Positions 38,042 through 48,315 of a stretch of DNA of 64,000 nucleotides are shown here, piece after piece (the first letter of the stretch is position 1; each line of letters begins with the position of its first letter). The translations under genes were made by a program, and so were the position numbers. The notes under the pieces are model-generated. The model was not told where the DNA came from. It saw only the letters and a list, made by a program, of their open reading frames with translations, and ran no database searches. This DNA is from Deltaproteobacteria bacterium (GTDB lineage Bacteria > Myxococcota_A > Polyangia > Fen-1088): the NCBI GenBank assembly GCA_033763315.1, contig JANRKS010000022.1, positions 96,001-160,000 of the forward strand, read 5' to 3'.

Positions 38042-39859
38042 ATGAAGCGTCCTAGTGCGAGGGTGTTTCAACTTGCGTGCTTGGGACTGATCTTTGGCAG
38101 TTGCACCGGTGCGGTGACCTCACGGGACATGCAATCTGAAGACGACGGCTCCGGTGGCACAGGCGGTGCTGGTGGCGACAACAGCGGCGGCAACTTGATG
38201 CCAGACCACGAAGAGCCCCGCTTTGCGTGCGAACAAGGCGCTGCACCTGCCGTCACAAGCCTGCACCGGCTCACGCGACGCCAATACACCAACACGCTTG
38301 CCGATCTGTCGGCATGGGCCCTGGGCAACCGCACAGAAGCGAACGCAGTGCTCAAAGACATTGATCCAACCCTGTCGATGCTGCCGCTCGACGTGCGCGC
38401 TGTGACGGCTGAAGATCCGCACGGCGGCTATAGGCGTCTGGATCAGAACGTCCAGCAGGCGCACGCCGAAGGCTATTACGAAACAGGGGTCGCGCTTGGG
38501 CGCGCCTTGACCAATGGCGCCCGCCTCACCAAGATCGCTGGCGCCTGCGCCACTGACAGCGATGCTGGCAACGACGCCGCATGCTTGCAGGCATTTCTCA
38601 ATGGCTTTGCGGCCCGCGCCGTGCGAGGTCCCTTGCCGTCAGATGTGCAATCCCTGCTCAAAAAGGTTTTTGCGACGGGTACAGGAACGGACGCGTGGGC
38701 CGACGTGATCGCCGTCCTGCTTAACCTGCCGCAGTTTCTTTATTCGGTGGAACATGGCGACAAGCAAGTGGCTGGCAAGGTTTATCAACTCACCGACCAC
38801 GAGCTGGCCGCGCGCCTCTCATATCACTTCACTGACACGATGCCGGACGATGAGCTGTGGGCCGCAGCCAAGGCCGGCAAACTGGCCGATAAAGCCGAAC
38901 TCGCCGCCCAAGTGCACCGCCTGGCCAGTGACACACGCTTTCGCGGCGTGATGAACGACTTTTTCGCCGAATGGCTCAAGGTGGAAGACCTGCAGTCTCT
39001 GGATCGCAATGCAAGCGATCCTGCCTTCAAGTCGTTCGCCGGAAATGATCTGCCGAAAGCGTCGCTGCGCCAATCGATGGTCGACGATGTGCTGGGATTG
39101 GCATCGCACTACACGTTTGACGAGCCGGGCAAGGTGGCTGATCTTTTGACGTCGCGACTTTCGTTTGCGAAAGCCTCAGATCTCGCTGCGATCTATGGCG
39201 TCTCGCCATGGAACGGGCAAAGCCCACCGCCCACCCTCTCCGAGGATCGGCCAGGGCTTCTGACGCGCGCTTTGTTTCTCTCCACAGGCACAGCCACCAC
39301 ACGGCCGATCATGAAGGGCGTCTTCATTCGCAAGACGCTGCTATGTGACTCCATCCCGCCACCACCCGCCAACGCCAACGCCAACCTGCCAAACTTGCGC
39401 GCCGGCATGACCACGAGAGAGGTGGTTGAAGAATTGACGGAAAAACAGGGCACCACGTGCGCCGGTTGCCACGCCAGCCTCATCAACCCGTTGGGCTTTG
39501 TGACTGAGAACTTCGACTCATTGGGGCGCAAACGCACCGAGGAGGTTTCCTTCGATGCCGCTGGCAAAGAGGTGCAACGCAAACACGTGAACACTCAAGT
39601 GGTTCCTCGGATCACGGATGAGGATGAGCGGTCGGCAAGCGGCGTCAACGATGTGGTGCAATTCATGGTGGAGAGCGGCAAGGTGCAAGCGTGCCTCGCT
39701 CGCAACTACACGCGCTTTTCTTTGGGGCGAACCGAAGACACCTCACAAGACGGGTGTTTGCTGGAGCGGCTGCGCGGCAAGCTGGCGGGGGGCGGCTCTT
39801 TGGCAGACTTCGCGGCAGAGGTGGCGCTGTCCCCCGAGTTTGGCCAGCACGCGTTTTGA
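38042..39859 (+). CDS. DUF1592/DUF1588/DUF1595 lipoprotein with CxxCH
   Basis: Lipobox FGSC, Gly linker, RLTRRQYTNT, ELAARLSY...PDDEL, LLC..IPPPP, CAGCH...NPLGF..ENFD.LG. Confidence 0.85.
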   Translation: MKRPSARVFQLACLGLIFGSCTGAVTSRDMQSEDDGSGGTGGAGGDNSGGNLMPDHEEPRFACEQGAAPAVTSLHRLTRRQYTNTLADLSAWALGNRTEANAVLKDIDPTLSMLPLDVRAVTAEDPHGGYRRLDQNVQQAHAEGYYETGVALGRALTNGARLTKIAGACATDSDAGNDAACLQAFLNGFAARAVRGPLPSDVQSLLKKVFATGTGTDAWADVIAVLLNLPQFLYSVEHGDKQVAGKVYQLTDHELAARLSYHFTDTMPDDELWAAAKAGKLADKAELAAQVHRLASDTRFRGVMNDFFAEWLKVEDLQSLDRNASDPAFKSFAGNDLPKASLRQSMVDDVLGLASHYTFDEPGKVADLLTSRLSFAKASDLAAIYGVSPWNGQSPPPTLSEDRPGLLTRALFLSTGTATTRPIMKGVFIRKTLLCDSIPPPPANANANLPNLRAGMTTREVVEELTEKQGTTCAGCHASLINPLGFVTENFDSLGRKRTEEVSFDAAGKEVQRKHVNTQVVPRITDEDERSASGVNDVVQFMVESGKVQACLARNYTRFSLGRTEDTSQDGCLLERLRGKLAGGGSLADFAAEVALSPEFGQHAF

Positions 39860-40504
39860 TCAGTCGCGCCGCACGAAGCCTCGCCGCAGCGCCGAGGCGA
39901 TGGCTTCGGTGCGGCTTTTGACTTCGAGCTTGGTGAGGATGCCCGACACATACACGCCCACCGTGCGTTCGGCGACTTGCAATTCTTCAGCGATGCCTCG
40001 GTTCGACAAGCCCTTGCACAACAACTCAAGCACTTGCGACTCGCGCGGCGTAAGTTGTGAATTCGGATTTCGCTCCGCCAAGCGCGACGCGATCTCAATC
40101 GGCACGTAACGCTGCCCATTCGCCACCTTGCGAATGGCGTCCAGCACCTGCGCTCCAGGCGTTTCCTTCGTCACATAGCCCAACGCGCCCGCCACGATCG
40201 CGCCGCGAATGCTTTCATCGCCTTCGTATTGGGTCAGCACCAACACGCGCGCGGGCGGATTTTCCTTCTTAAGCACGTTCAAAAGCGCGATGCCGTCGAA
40301 GTGTGGCATTTTGAGATCGGCCACCACCACACGCGGTTGATGTGTGCGGTAAAGCTCGATCGCTTGCAAGCCGTCGCTGGCCTCTGCCACCACCTTCAAA
40401 TCAGATGATTGCGCAATGAGCGCAGCCACGCCCATGCGCACGAGATAGCTGTCTTCCACAAGCATCACACTTATGGTGGCGTCGGCAAACGGCTGTGGTT
40501 TCAT
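39860..40504 (-). CDS. NarL/LuxR-family response regulator
   Basis: LVED...DLKMP...GYVTK receiver domain; LTPRESQVL...GLSNRGIA HTH. Confidence 0.95.
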   Translation of the reverse strand: MKPQPFADATISVMLVEDSYLVRMGVAALIAQSSDLKVVAEASDGLQAIELYRTHQPRVVVADLKMPHFDGIALLNVLKKENPPARVLVLTQYEGDESIRGAIVAGALGYVTKETPGAQVLDAIRKVANGQRYVPIEIASRLAERNPNSQLTPRESQVLELLCKGLSNRGIAEELQVAERTVGVYVSGILTKLEVKSRTEAIASALRRGFVRRD

Positions 40505-40515
40505 CACTGTTTTCC

Positions 40516-43500
40516 TCAATTTCCCGGGCGGTTTTCAGGAACGATCAGCACCACTTCGGTTCCTAAGCCTGGACTTGAATCAACCCGAACAGTGCCTCCT
40601 GCACGAATGGCACGCTCCTGCATTCCAATCAAGCCAAAATGCCCTTGCACGATGGTATCGTTTGAACGATCAAAACCTTTTCCATCGTCGGTGACTTTCA
40701 GGCGAACGCCGTTGGCGGTGCGGTCAACATCAATGACCATGTGACGCGCGTTCGCATGCGTAAAGCAATTGATAAGAGCTTCGCGGGCGATCTGGGTGGC
40801 TTCGTCAACCACATGCGGCGGCAGGAAAAACGGTTGCCCCGTGATTCGCAACGCGACCTGTGGCGCAGCGCCGCCAAACTGCGTCTTCAGTTCGCGGACC
40901 AAGGCTTTGATGGCTTCGTCCAGTCGCGGCGGCTCAAGCGTTTGTGTTCGCAACCGCCAAATCGACTTGCGTGTCTCTGCCCGCGTTTGCTGAAGAATGT
41001 TTTCAAAGCCAGCCATGGCTTCGGCCGCTGTTTTGTCCGCGTTCTTCAGATCACCCTTTAAGACCTCTAGGTGGATCGCAAGCGACGCAAAGGCTTGCCC
41101 CAGATGATCGTGCAAGTCTCGCGCGATGCGCGCCCGCTCGTCTTGTATGGCTTGGTAGCGCGCATGCAACCGGCGGGATCGCCACACCAGCAAAGCCGCC
41201 ACCAAGGTGCACAATACTGCCACTGCCAACAGCTGCACCCACAGGCGCTTGTAGAACGCCCGCTGCAGACACAGCGCCTGCGTCGCCGCGGCCGCGGTCC
41301 ATTGCCCCAGGCCATCGAACGTCCGCAGAACAAAGGTGTAGGCACCCGGCGGCAGCCCTGCGTACGAGACTTGTCGCAAGGGACCATACGATAGGTGCCA
41401 ATTTTCATCGTGGCCCTGCAGCTTGTAGGCGAAGGCCACGCGGTTTTCCGGCCGAAACGTGGGCGCACTGAATTCGATCGTTAGATCCATGTTGTCACCC
41501 AAGGCGTGCAACTCGCTGCGTGAGGGGCTCAACACTTTGCCGTTGATCGTCACCGCGGTGACAGCCGCTTCGCTTTGGCGGTGCAGCCTTGGATTGGGTG
41601 GTTCGATGATTGTCAGGCCCAATGGCGTCGCGGCCAGAAGTTGCCCGGCGGGGTTAACTGTGGCGGCCGGGAAGAAGCCACGGCTCGTGGTTTGCGCAGG
41701 CATGCCCTCCGCCACGCCATAAAGCACGCCGGCCGATGGCACGGGGTCTGTGGTCATCGCCCGACGCAGCTCACTCAACGCCACCCGTTCGATGCCACCG
41801 GCACACGTGGCCCACATAAAGCCATCGTGCTCAACCAATGTGTGAATTGAATCGCATGGTAACCCCTGCGATGAAGACACGGATGTGAAACTGGTGCCGT
41901 TCCAAAGATGAATGCCACCATCTTGATTCACGCCAACCCACACGCCGTTGTCCTTTGTTTGCACCACCGATGTGGCGGCAAGACCTTTGAGCCCCTGTTG
42001 CCTGCCTAAACAAACAGGCGCATGGCCGTGCTTAATGTGCACAACGCCACCTCCATCCGCAGCAAACCAGTGCCCCCCTTGGCGATCGTGAATGCCAGCG
42101 CGAATGGGAGCCCCGCAGGTATCCGCGGCAGCGTAGAGGCTAAGGTCACCCGCAGCCACGGCGCCAGCGGTGAGCACATTGGGCGACAAACGCGCGAGGC
42201 CACCGTGATCAAAGCCGATCCAAAGCTCATGCGCGCGGTCGACTAAGATGAACGACACATCATCCGAAGGTAAGCCCTGCGCCTTTGTGAGCGGCCGCCA
42301 TTGCCCTTGCGTGTACATCAACAAACCAGCGGCCACCGTTTGGGGCGCGGGTTCAAAAGGCCCCGCCGTTGCAATCAACAATGTGCCGTCCGGCGCTTCC
42401 GCCAAAGACCCAAGCGCCAGTGCCCCCCACGCGGCAGGTGGTGGCTCCACAAGCCCAAGCCGAGGTTCGCCCGACGTATCCAAGCGCGCCAAGCCTGCGC
42501 TCGTCGTGGCCCACGTGGATCCATCCTTTTTTTGCAGCACCGCGCGCACGTGATTCTCAGCGGCCGCGCCTGCCAGCGATACGTTCATCACCGCGCGGCT
42601 CGACAGGCGAGCCAAGCCCATCGTGCGCGTCCCGATCCACAGGGCTCCCTCCACATCTTCCTGTAACGCCAAAATTGCCGTGTTCCTCAACGCCGGCGCC
42701 ACCGCCTCGATCGCAAAGTCTTCACCATGAACCCGCGATAAGCCTTGCGACGTGCCCACCCACAACGATCCATCGTGGCTCCGTGCCAGCGCCGTAACCG
42801 CGTTTGCCGCCAAACCATCGGCCTGGGTCAAGCGCCGCACGACGCCTCGCCGATCGAACAAGATCAGTCCCGTGGGCGTGGCAGCCCACATCCGCCCGTG
42901 GCCCGCCAACGCCAACGCCACAACGGGCATCTGGAGCGGGACAGACTCCAGGCGATCGCCTTCGCGGTAAAACGCACCGAACGGCGTGCCCCCCCACAGG
43001 CGCCCTTCCTCATCGGTGGCCAGCGTATAAACGAACGCGCCCTGCAGGCCTTGGGCTTCACAAAATGATTTCACTTGTGGCCCCTGCGCCTGTCGTAAGC
43101 AGCGGCTGTCGCCCACCCACATCGAGCCGCTTGCGTCGCCCAACAGCGACCAGATCCAGCGGTTGACGGCTTCGGGGCCAGTGTGATCTTCCCATGCACC
43201 TCGCTGCCATCGGTAAAGGCCTTGGTTGTTGGGGCTTTCATCAAGCACGAGTTGACCGTCGACCACCCTCATCAAACTGCCGCCGAGCCCCACCCAGATG
43301 GATCCGTCTTTGGCGCCCGCCACGCGAAACACGCGGGTGGACCCCGTGAGCAAGCCTGGACCGCGAAGCATCGATTCGAAATTGTGCCCATCGGTGCGAA
43401 GAAGTTCGGATTCGGTACCCGCCCACAGGTATCCGTCCTTATCAAGCGCGAGGCTGTAAACGGTGCGCGCCGGGTGAAGGAACCGCAGCTCTCGGGCGGG

Positions 43501-43584
43501 TGTGATGTCAGCGGCGCAAAGGCGTGCCGCGAGAAAGACGAACGCCGCCAAGGTTATGCGCACCGAAAGCCACACCGCTTGCAT
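40516..43584 (-). CDS. Sensor histidine kinase (beta-propeller repeats, Y_Y_Y, HisKA_3)
   Basis: Repeated D..G.LW.GT motifs, YKLQGHDENW...Y..LPPGAYTF, TM, RIARDLHD, DDGKGF, GLIGMQER. Confidence 0.93.
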   Translation of the reverse strand: MQAVWLSVRITLAAFVFLAARLCAADITPARELRFLHPARTVYSLALDKDGYLWAGTESELLRTDGHNFESMLRGPGLLTGSTRVFRVAGAKDGSIWVGLGGSLMRVVDGQLVLDESPNNQGLYRWQRGAWEDHTGPEAVNRWIWSLLGDASGSMWVGDSRCLRQAQGPQVKSFCEAQGLQGAFVYTLATDEEGRLWGGTPFGAFYREGDRLESVPLQMPVVALALAGHGRMWAATPTGLILFDRRGVVRRLTQADGLAANAVTALARSHDGSLWVGTSQGLSRVHGEDFAIEAVAPALRNTAILALQEDVEGALWIGTRTMGLARLSSRAVMNVSLAGAAAENHVRAVLQKKDGSTWATTSAGLARLDTSGEPRLGLVEPPPAAWGALALGSLAEAPDGTLLIATAGPFEPAPQTVAAGLLMYTQGQWRPLTKAQGLPSDDVSFILVDRAHELWIGFDHGGLARLSPNVLTAGAVAAGDLSLYAAADTCGAPIRAGIHDRQGGHWFAADGGGVVHIKHGHAPVCLGRQQGLKGLAATSVVQTKDNGVWVGVNQDGGIHLWNGTSFTSVSSSQGLPCDSIHTLVEHDGFMWATCAGGIERVALSELRRAMTTDPVPSAGVLYGVAEGMPAQTTSRGFFPAATVNPAGQLLAATPLGLTIIEPPNPRLHRQSEAAVTAVTINGKVLSPSRSELHALGDNMDLTIEFSAPTFRPENRVAFAYKLQGHDENWHLSYGPLRQVSYAGLPPGAYTFVLRTFDGLGQWTAAAATQALCLQRAFYKRLWVQLLAVAVLCTLVAALLVWRSRRLHARYQAIQDERARIARDLHDHLGQAFASLAIHLEVLKGDLKNADKTAAEAMAGFENILQQTRAETRKSIWRLRTQTLEPPRLDEAIKALVRELKTQFGGAAPQVALRITGQPFFLPPHVVDEATQIAREALINCFTHANARHMVIDVDRTANGVRLKVTDDGKGFDRSNDTIVQGHFGLIGMQERAIRAGGTVRVDSSPGLGTEVVLIVPENRPGN

Positions 43585-43655
43585 TGTAGCCCAGGCAGAG
43601 AGCCCGTCGGCCCAAATGACTCAACGCGTTCAAATGTCGAAAGCCGCCGCTTGCG

Positions 43656-43684
43656 TTGACTCAGGGTCCCGCGCCGATTAGTTT
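43656..43684 (+). promoter_or_regulatory. Putative sigma70 promoter
   Basis: TTGACT-N17-TAGTTT. Confidence 0.55.
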
Positions 43685-43847
43685 GCCGGTCACCATGTCC
43701 GCGCTGGATCCTCCGCTCGCCGTCGCCGTCCCCGCAGAAATTGTGACGAACGCGGGCGGCCGCGTGCGTGGGCTCACGCTGGCCCCCCTTGGCCTTGAGG
43801 TTTCGCCCGTCTAAACAGCGAGCTGGTTACCGGTACCCAACACCTTT

Positions 43848-44453
43848 GTGGGCACGGACTCGTTAATGAACTTAAGGAAGACAATGACTTTTCAAGGATC
43901 TCGCGTGATGGCTTTGACTGTGGCCGCCACCGTCAGCGTGATGGCCGCGGTTGTGGCGTTCCCCGCCACCGCTGGTGCCGAAGAAGTGATCGAAATGCTC
44001 GACAAGACCAAGGTCGCTGGCGAGATCATTCATTACTACGATGGCGTGTTCACGGTGAAAGCCGGCGGCAACACGTTGAAGCTCCCCAAAGACAAGATCC
44101 GGTCCATCTCCTACAAGCTTCCGCCAGCGCGCCCCGCGTTGGGCACGCCCACCAAAACGTTTCAACGTTGGCAAAAAGCGCTTGAGGCGGGTGACCTGGA
44201 AACCGTGATCGACTGTTACGCGCTGATGTATCAAGGGCTGCTTGCCTCCCAGGTGGGCGGTTCGGGCGACGAGATCAAGAAGATGAAAGAAGAGCTCAAG
44301 GGTTCTTCATTTAATCTCAAGGGCGAAGCGATCAAAGGCGACACGGCAACCTTGAAAGTTGAGCTGAAAAAAGAAGGCGCTGCCAATACGGCTGACATTG
44401 GTTTCGTTCGCGAAAATGGCGAATGGAAAATGCTGCCCATGCCCATGCAGTAA
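43848..44453 (+). CDS. Exported hypothetical protein (small beta domain plus NTF2/DUF4878-like domain)
   Basis: Signal peptide ending ATAGA, C-terminal GDTATLKV...FVRENGEWK. True start is probably between 43866 and 43908. Confidence 0.7.
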   Translation: MGTDSLMNLRKTMTFQGSRVMALTVAATVSVMAAVVAFPATAGAEEVIEMLDKTKVAGEIIHYYDGVFTVKAGGNTLKLPKDKIRSISYKLPPARPALGTPTKTFQRWQKALEAGDLETVIDCYALMYQGLLASQVGGSGDEIKKMKEELKGSSFNLKGEAIKGDTATLKVELKKEGAANTADIGFVRENGEWKMLPMPMQ

Positions 44454-44489
44454 GCCTCAGTGAACTTCGGCACGCCCCCCAGTTTGTAT

Positions 44490-47400
44490 ATGAAGCGCCA
44501 CCTTTCGCGATTGTTTGCCGCCACCGTCTTGCTGCTGTCGCTTGCCGGGCCTTCCGTCGCGCACGCGTCCGCCAATCCGTTCGCCTTACGGCCAGCCAAA
44601 GCGTTGAATCCGTTTGGTGGCATCAGCGCGCAAGTGGCGCAAAACACCAACCCGCCGCGCACCGCTGCGTCCACGCCCGTGGCCTGCGTATCAGATGAGC
44701 AGTGCCCCGATCAAACCATCTGCACCGATGGCTTCTGCCGTGTGCTTGAACGCCCGGTGCACGTGTTGTTGTTCCGCAAGGACGGGCCCATTACGGCGTT
44801 TTGGCCGTTCTATTTTTCTCGCACCGGAACGCCTGGCTACCGGGTTGTGGCGCCGCTCTATTGGCACTTTTGGTCGTCGGAGGAAAAAGATCAGATCTTC
44901 GCGCCGTTTTATTTTCACTTTCGCAATTACCTGAAGCAAAGCCGCACCACTGCCTTGTGGGTGGGCCCTGTGATCACGTGGTCGCGGCAACCCGGTGCCT
45001 CGTCGTGGGGCGTGTGGCCCATCGTTTACAGCTCCACAAAGTTTGGTTGGGCCGCGCCCTTGTTGGGATCTTTTAACCTCAAGGATCCCGAGGCCGGCCG
45101 CGAAAAGGGCCTGGCCGCGTTTGTTTACTATTGGAGCCGTGATCAAAAAGCGGGACGCGCCACGGATGTGTTGTTCCCCTTGGTGTGGAGCTTCCGCTCA
45201 AAAGAAAAGTCCTTCACGGTTGGCTTCCCGGTGCTGTGGTCATGGCGCAAAGGCCGTGACGAAACCACCTTGCTGTTGCCGCTCGGCTTTCAAACCGCAG
45301 ACGCACGCAGCAAATTGACAGTTAGCTGGTTCGGTTATTCATCGTGGGCTGGCAACAACCAGCGCGGTTCGCACTTGTGGGTTTACTGGTATGGCCGCAA
45401 CAAGGGCAAAGATGATTACGACGTCTTGTTTCCTCTACTGTGGAGCTTCCGGAAGGATCAGGACAACGCCACAGTGTTGTTCCCGTTGCTGTGGCATTTC
45501 GCAGACGCGCAAAGCCGCGCCACGGTGGTGGCCACATACATCGCCTACCGCAACGCCGAAGGCGGGTTCCGTTGTTTGCTGCCGGTGTTTTTCCAGGGCT
45601 GGAACAACAAAGAGAAATCATCGTGGTCGCTGCTGTTTCCGCTCGCGTTCTGGAGCAAGAAGGACAATGGCAACAAGCTGTCGGTGTACACGCCCGTAGG
45701 CGGATACGAACGCGACAAAAAAGCCAACACCAGCGGCCTCACCTTGCTGCTGCCGCCCATCTTCACGCGCCACTCGGCCCAGCGTGACTTCCAGATGGCC
45801 TTCCCGTTTTATTACCGCAGTGACGATCGGGTGGCACAAAGCCACGCCTTGTTGGCCGGGCTTTATTACCAATCGAAGGATCCCGAGGGCACCACCGCCA
45901 CACTGTTCCCGTTTTTCTGGCGCTTCAAAGACACGCAAAACGGCGCCACCGCCACCGCGCTGTTGCCGTTCTTCTTCAACCGCTCGGCACCGGATGATCA
46001 CTTAACGGCGCTTGGCTTCGGCTTGTGGGGTTACTACCGCAACCGCGGCACCCATGGTGGTTCCGCTGGCTTGGCACCACTGCTGTTCTTCGGCCGCCAC
46101 GATGACGATCGCCACGCCGTGGTGTTCCCGCTGCTGTGGCACTTCTCATCGCCCAACAAGTCGTCGACGTTGGCGCTGCCTTTGTTCGGCCATTGGCGCG
46201 ACAAAGATCAGCGCCACACAGCGGTGTTTCCCTTGTTGTATTTCGCAGGCGGCAACAAACAAACCAGCTACGCCTTCCAGGTGCCGCTGTTCTGGCGCTT
46301 CACGAACCACGAAGCCAACACGGCCACCACGGTTGTGGGTCCGGCCTTTTACCGCAGCCGCCCGCAAGGTTGGTCGGCGGGGCTCTTCCCGCTCGTATTT
46401 GCAGGCAACGGAAGCGATCGATCGCACGTTGTGGTGGCGCCGTTGTTGTGGCACTTCCGCGACAAATTAAAGGAAACCAGCAGCACATTGGTGGGCCCCT
46501 ATTTTCACGCCACCAACGGCGGCGAAACCACGGATGCGTTGTTCCCGCTGGTTTATTACCGCCGCGGCGCAAAGCCCGGTGGCCGCGCGGAAACCAGCTT
46601 CACCTTGTTCCCGCTGCTTCACTATAAGCGCACGGCCGACACCAAGCTCTTTGTCTCGCCCCTGGCGATGTCGAAGACCACGCCCACGCGCCAAGCGGGG
46701 TTCATCGGTCCTTACTTTTGGTACAACTCAGCCACCACATCGGTTCGAGGCGCACTGCCCGTTTGGTTTGACGTCACGAACAAGCAAACCCAAGAGCACA
46801 CGCGGCTGCTCGGGCCTTGGGTCGCCATCGATCGCCGGGATGCGAAGGCACGCTATTTGTTCCCATTCTGGGGCCACTACGAAAGCCAAACGCCCACCGG
46901 AAAAGAGACGGGCACGTACATCTTTCCCACGTTCTTTCATCAACGAAACCAAGATGGGTATGCGATTGATACCTTCTTCCCGTTGTTCTGGAAGTCGAGC
47001 GGCTCGTTCGGGCGCAGCTTGCAGATCGGGCCGTTCTTCACGCGGAAAACCCAGCAGAGCTACACGCAGGGTTTGGTGCCCGCCTATTTTTACACGCAGA
47101 ACGCAGAGCGCAGCCTGCTTCTGACGCCGCTTGGATATTCCCACCACAACTTCAAAGAGCAAACGGCCAGCACTTGGATGGCGCTGTTGTTCTATCGTGG
47201 CAGCACAGCCACCACCCACCGCTCTGTGTTGTTCCCGCTGTGGTATGCGGGGCACGACAAGGAAAAGTCGCACCAGGTTTTGTTCCCGCTTTATTGGCGG
47301 TTTAAAGACGACGTTGAAAAAACCAGCACGACGTTCGCGGGGCCGTTCTTTCACCGGACCAACCACACAGCGTCGACCTGGGGCTTAGCGCCGCTTGTGT

Positions 47401-48302
47401 GGCACACGAGCGATACGCAGAACAAAGCCAGCCGTACGGCGTTGGTGCCGCTGTTTTATCGCTCGAAGTCGACCGATCACGCTTCGCTGTTCACGCCGCT
47501 GTTCGGCTTCGGCGAATCCCCCAAATCGTCGTGGTGGTACGCGCTGCCGGTGGTCCGGCGCACCTCGCCCGAAAGCAGCTTCACCGCATTCGCCCCCCTT
47601 GGCTTTTGGCATTACAACCGCAGCACCGAGACCAGCACCCGGTTGATTTTGCCGCTGTTGCACTTCGCGCGGTCCAGCCCCGAAAAATCGCTTTCGTCAT
47701 GGTTGGGCGTGTTCTGGCGCCACAAGGGCATTGCCTCTTCCACAACGGTGCTGTTTCCCTTGTTCTTTGATCACAACAGCTACCACGACACGCGCACCAC
47801 AGCGCTGTTCCCGTTGTTTGTTCGCCACTACCGCGACACTGACCAAACAGCCTACACCCTGGGCCCCTTGTTCTATCGTCGCTCTTCGCCCACTGAATCG
47901 TCCACGGTCCTGTTCCCGCTTTATTGGGACTACGCCAGCCCCGGACACCGCACGCAGTTTCTATTTCCGCTGTTTGCCAACATCGAGCGGTCCACGTGGA
48001 AGGGAACGTATGTGTTCCCGAACGTCTGGTACCGCACAGGCAAAGGCTCCTCCGCAGGCACGTCCCGCTTGATTGTGTTCCCGTTGTGGGAATCCGAGGT
48101 CAAGCGCCCCGGCGATTACATGTGGGAAGCGCTCTTGGGTTTGGTGGGCTACGAACGCGCCGGCCGCAACCGCTTCTTGAAGGTCCTATTCATCCCGTTT
48201 GAAATGCAGGCTGTGCCGCGCACGCAAACCGCCTCGTGGTATGGGCGGCCACCCAAGCAAAAGCCTTCGCGCGCCTACGGCTTCTCTGGTCACATCTGGT
48301 AA
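44490..48302 (+). CDS. Giant exported repeat protein built from dozens of ~17-aa (L/F)FP(L/F)(F/Y/W) units
   Basis: Signal peptide ..SVAHA, CVSDEQC..C...C motif, then continuous repeats such as TVLFPLLWHF and TLFPFFWRF. Confidence 0.85.
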   Translation: MKRHLSRLFAATVLLLSLAGPSVAHASANPFALRPAKALNPFGGISAQVAQNTNPPRTAASTPVACVSDEQCPDQTICTDGFCRVLERPVHVLLFRKDGPITAFWPFYFSRTGTPGYRVVAPLYWHFWSSEEKDQIFAPFYFHFRNYLKQSRTTALWVGPVITWSRQPGASSWGVWPIVYSSTKFGWAAPLLGSFNLKDPEAGREKGLAAFVYYWSRDQKAGRATDVLFPLVWSFRSKEKSFTVGFPVLWSWRKGRDETTLLLPLGFQTADARSKLTVSWFGYSSWAGNNQRGSHLWVYWYGRNKGKDDYDVLFPLLWSFRKDQDNATVLFPLLWHFADAQSRATVVATYIAYRNAEGGFRCLLPVFFQGWNNKEKSSWSLLFPLAFWSKKDNGNKLSVYTPVGGYERDKKANTSGLTLLLPPIFTRHSAQRDFQMAFPFYYRSDDRVAQSHALLAGLYYQSKDPEGTTATLFPFFWRFKDTQNGATATALLPFFFNRSAPDDHLTALGFGLWGYYRNRGTHGGSAGLAPLLFFGRHDDDRHAVVFPLLWHFSSPNKSSTLALPLFGHWRDKDQRHTAVFPLLYFAGGNKQTSYAFQVPLFWRFTNHEANTATTVVGPAFYRSRPQGWSAGLFPLVFAGNGSDRSHVVVAPLLWHFRDKLKETSSTLVGPYFHATNGGETTDALFPLVYYRRGAKPGGRAETSFTLFPLLHYKRTADTKLFVSPLAMSKTTPTRQAGFIGPYFWYNSATTSVRGALPVWFDVTNKQTQEHTRLLGPWVAIDRRDAKARYLFPFWGHYESQTPTGKETGTYIFPTFFHQRNQDGYAIDTFFPLFWKSSGSFGRSLQIGPFFTRKTQQSYTQGLVPAYFYTQNAERSLLLTPLGYSHHNFKEQTASTWMALLFYRGSTATTHRSVLFPLWYAGHDKEKSHQVLFPLYWRFKDDVEKTSTTFAGPFFHRTNHTASTWGLAPLVWHTSDTQNKASRTALVPLFYRSKSTDHASLFTPLFGFGESPKSSWWYALPVVRRTSPESSFTAFAPLGFWHYNRSTETSTRLILPLLHFARSSPEKSLSSWLGVFWRHKGIASSTTVLFPLFFDHNSYHDTRTTALFPLFVRHYRDTDQTAYTLGPLFYRRSSPTESSTVLFPLYWDYASPGHRTQFLFPLFANIERSTWKGTYVFPNVWYRTGKGSSAGTSRLIVFPLWESEVKRPGDYMWEALLGLVGYERAGRNRFLKVLFIPFEMQAVPRTQTASWYGRPPKQKPSRAYGFSGHIW

Positions 48303-48315
48303 GCGCCGTCTCGCG

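Noticed and set aside
43790-43840. Resemblance to fluoride or c-di-GMP-I riboswitch fragments
   Set aside because: The fluoride GAUG core and pseudoknot pairing are missing, as is the GGCAAA..GAAA..GACGCAAAGC half of c-di-GMP-I.
44490-48302. CRISPR array or DNA tandem repeat
   Set aside because: The repetition is at protein level within an open frame; there are no identical DNA repeats with spacers.
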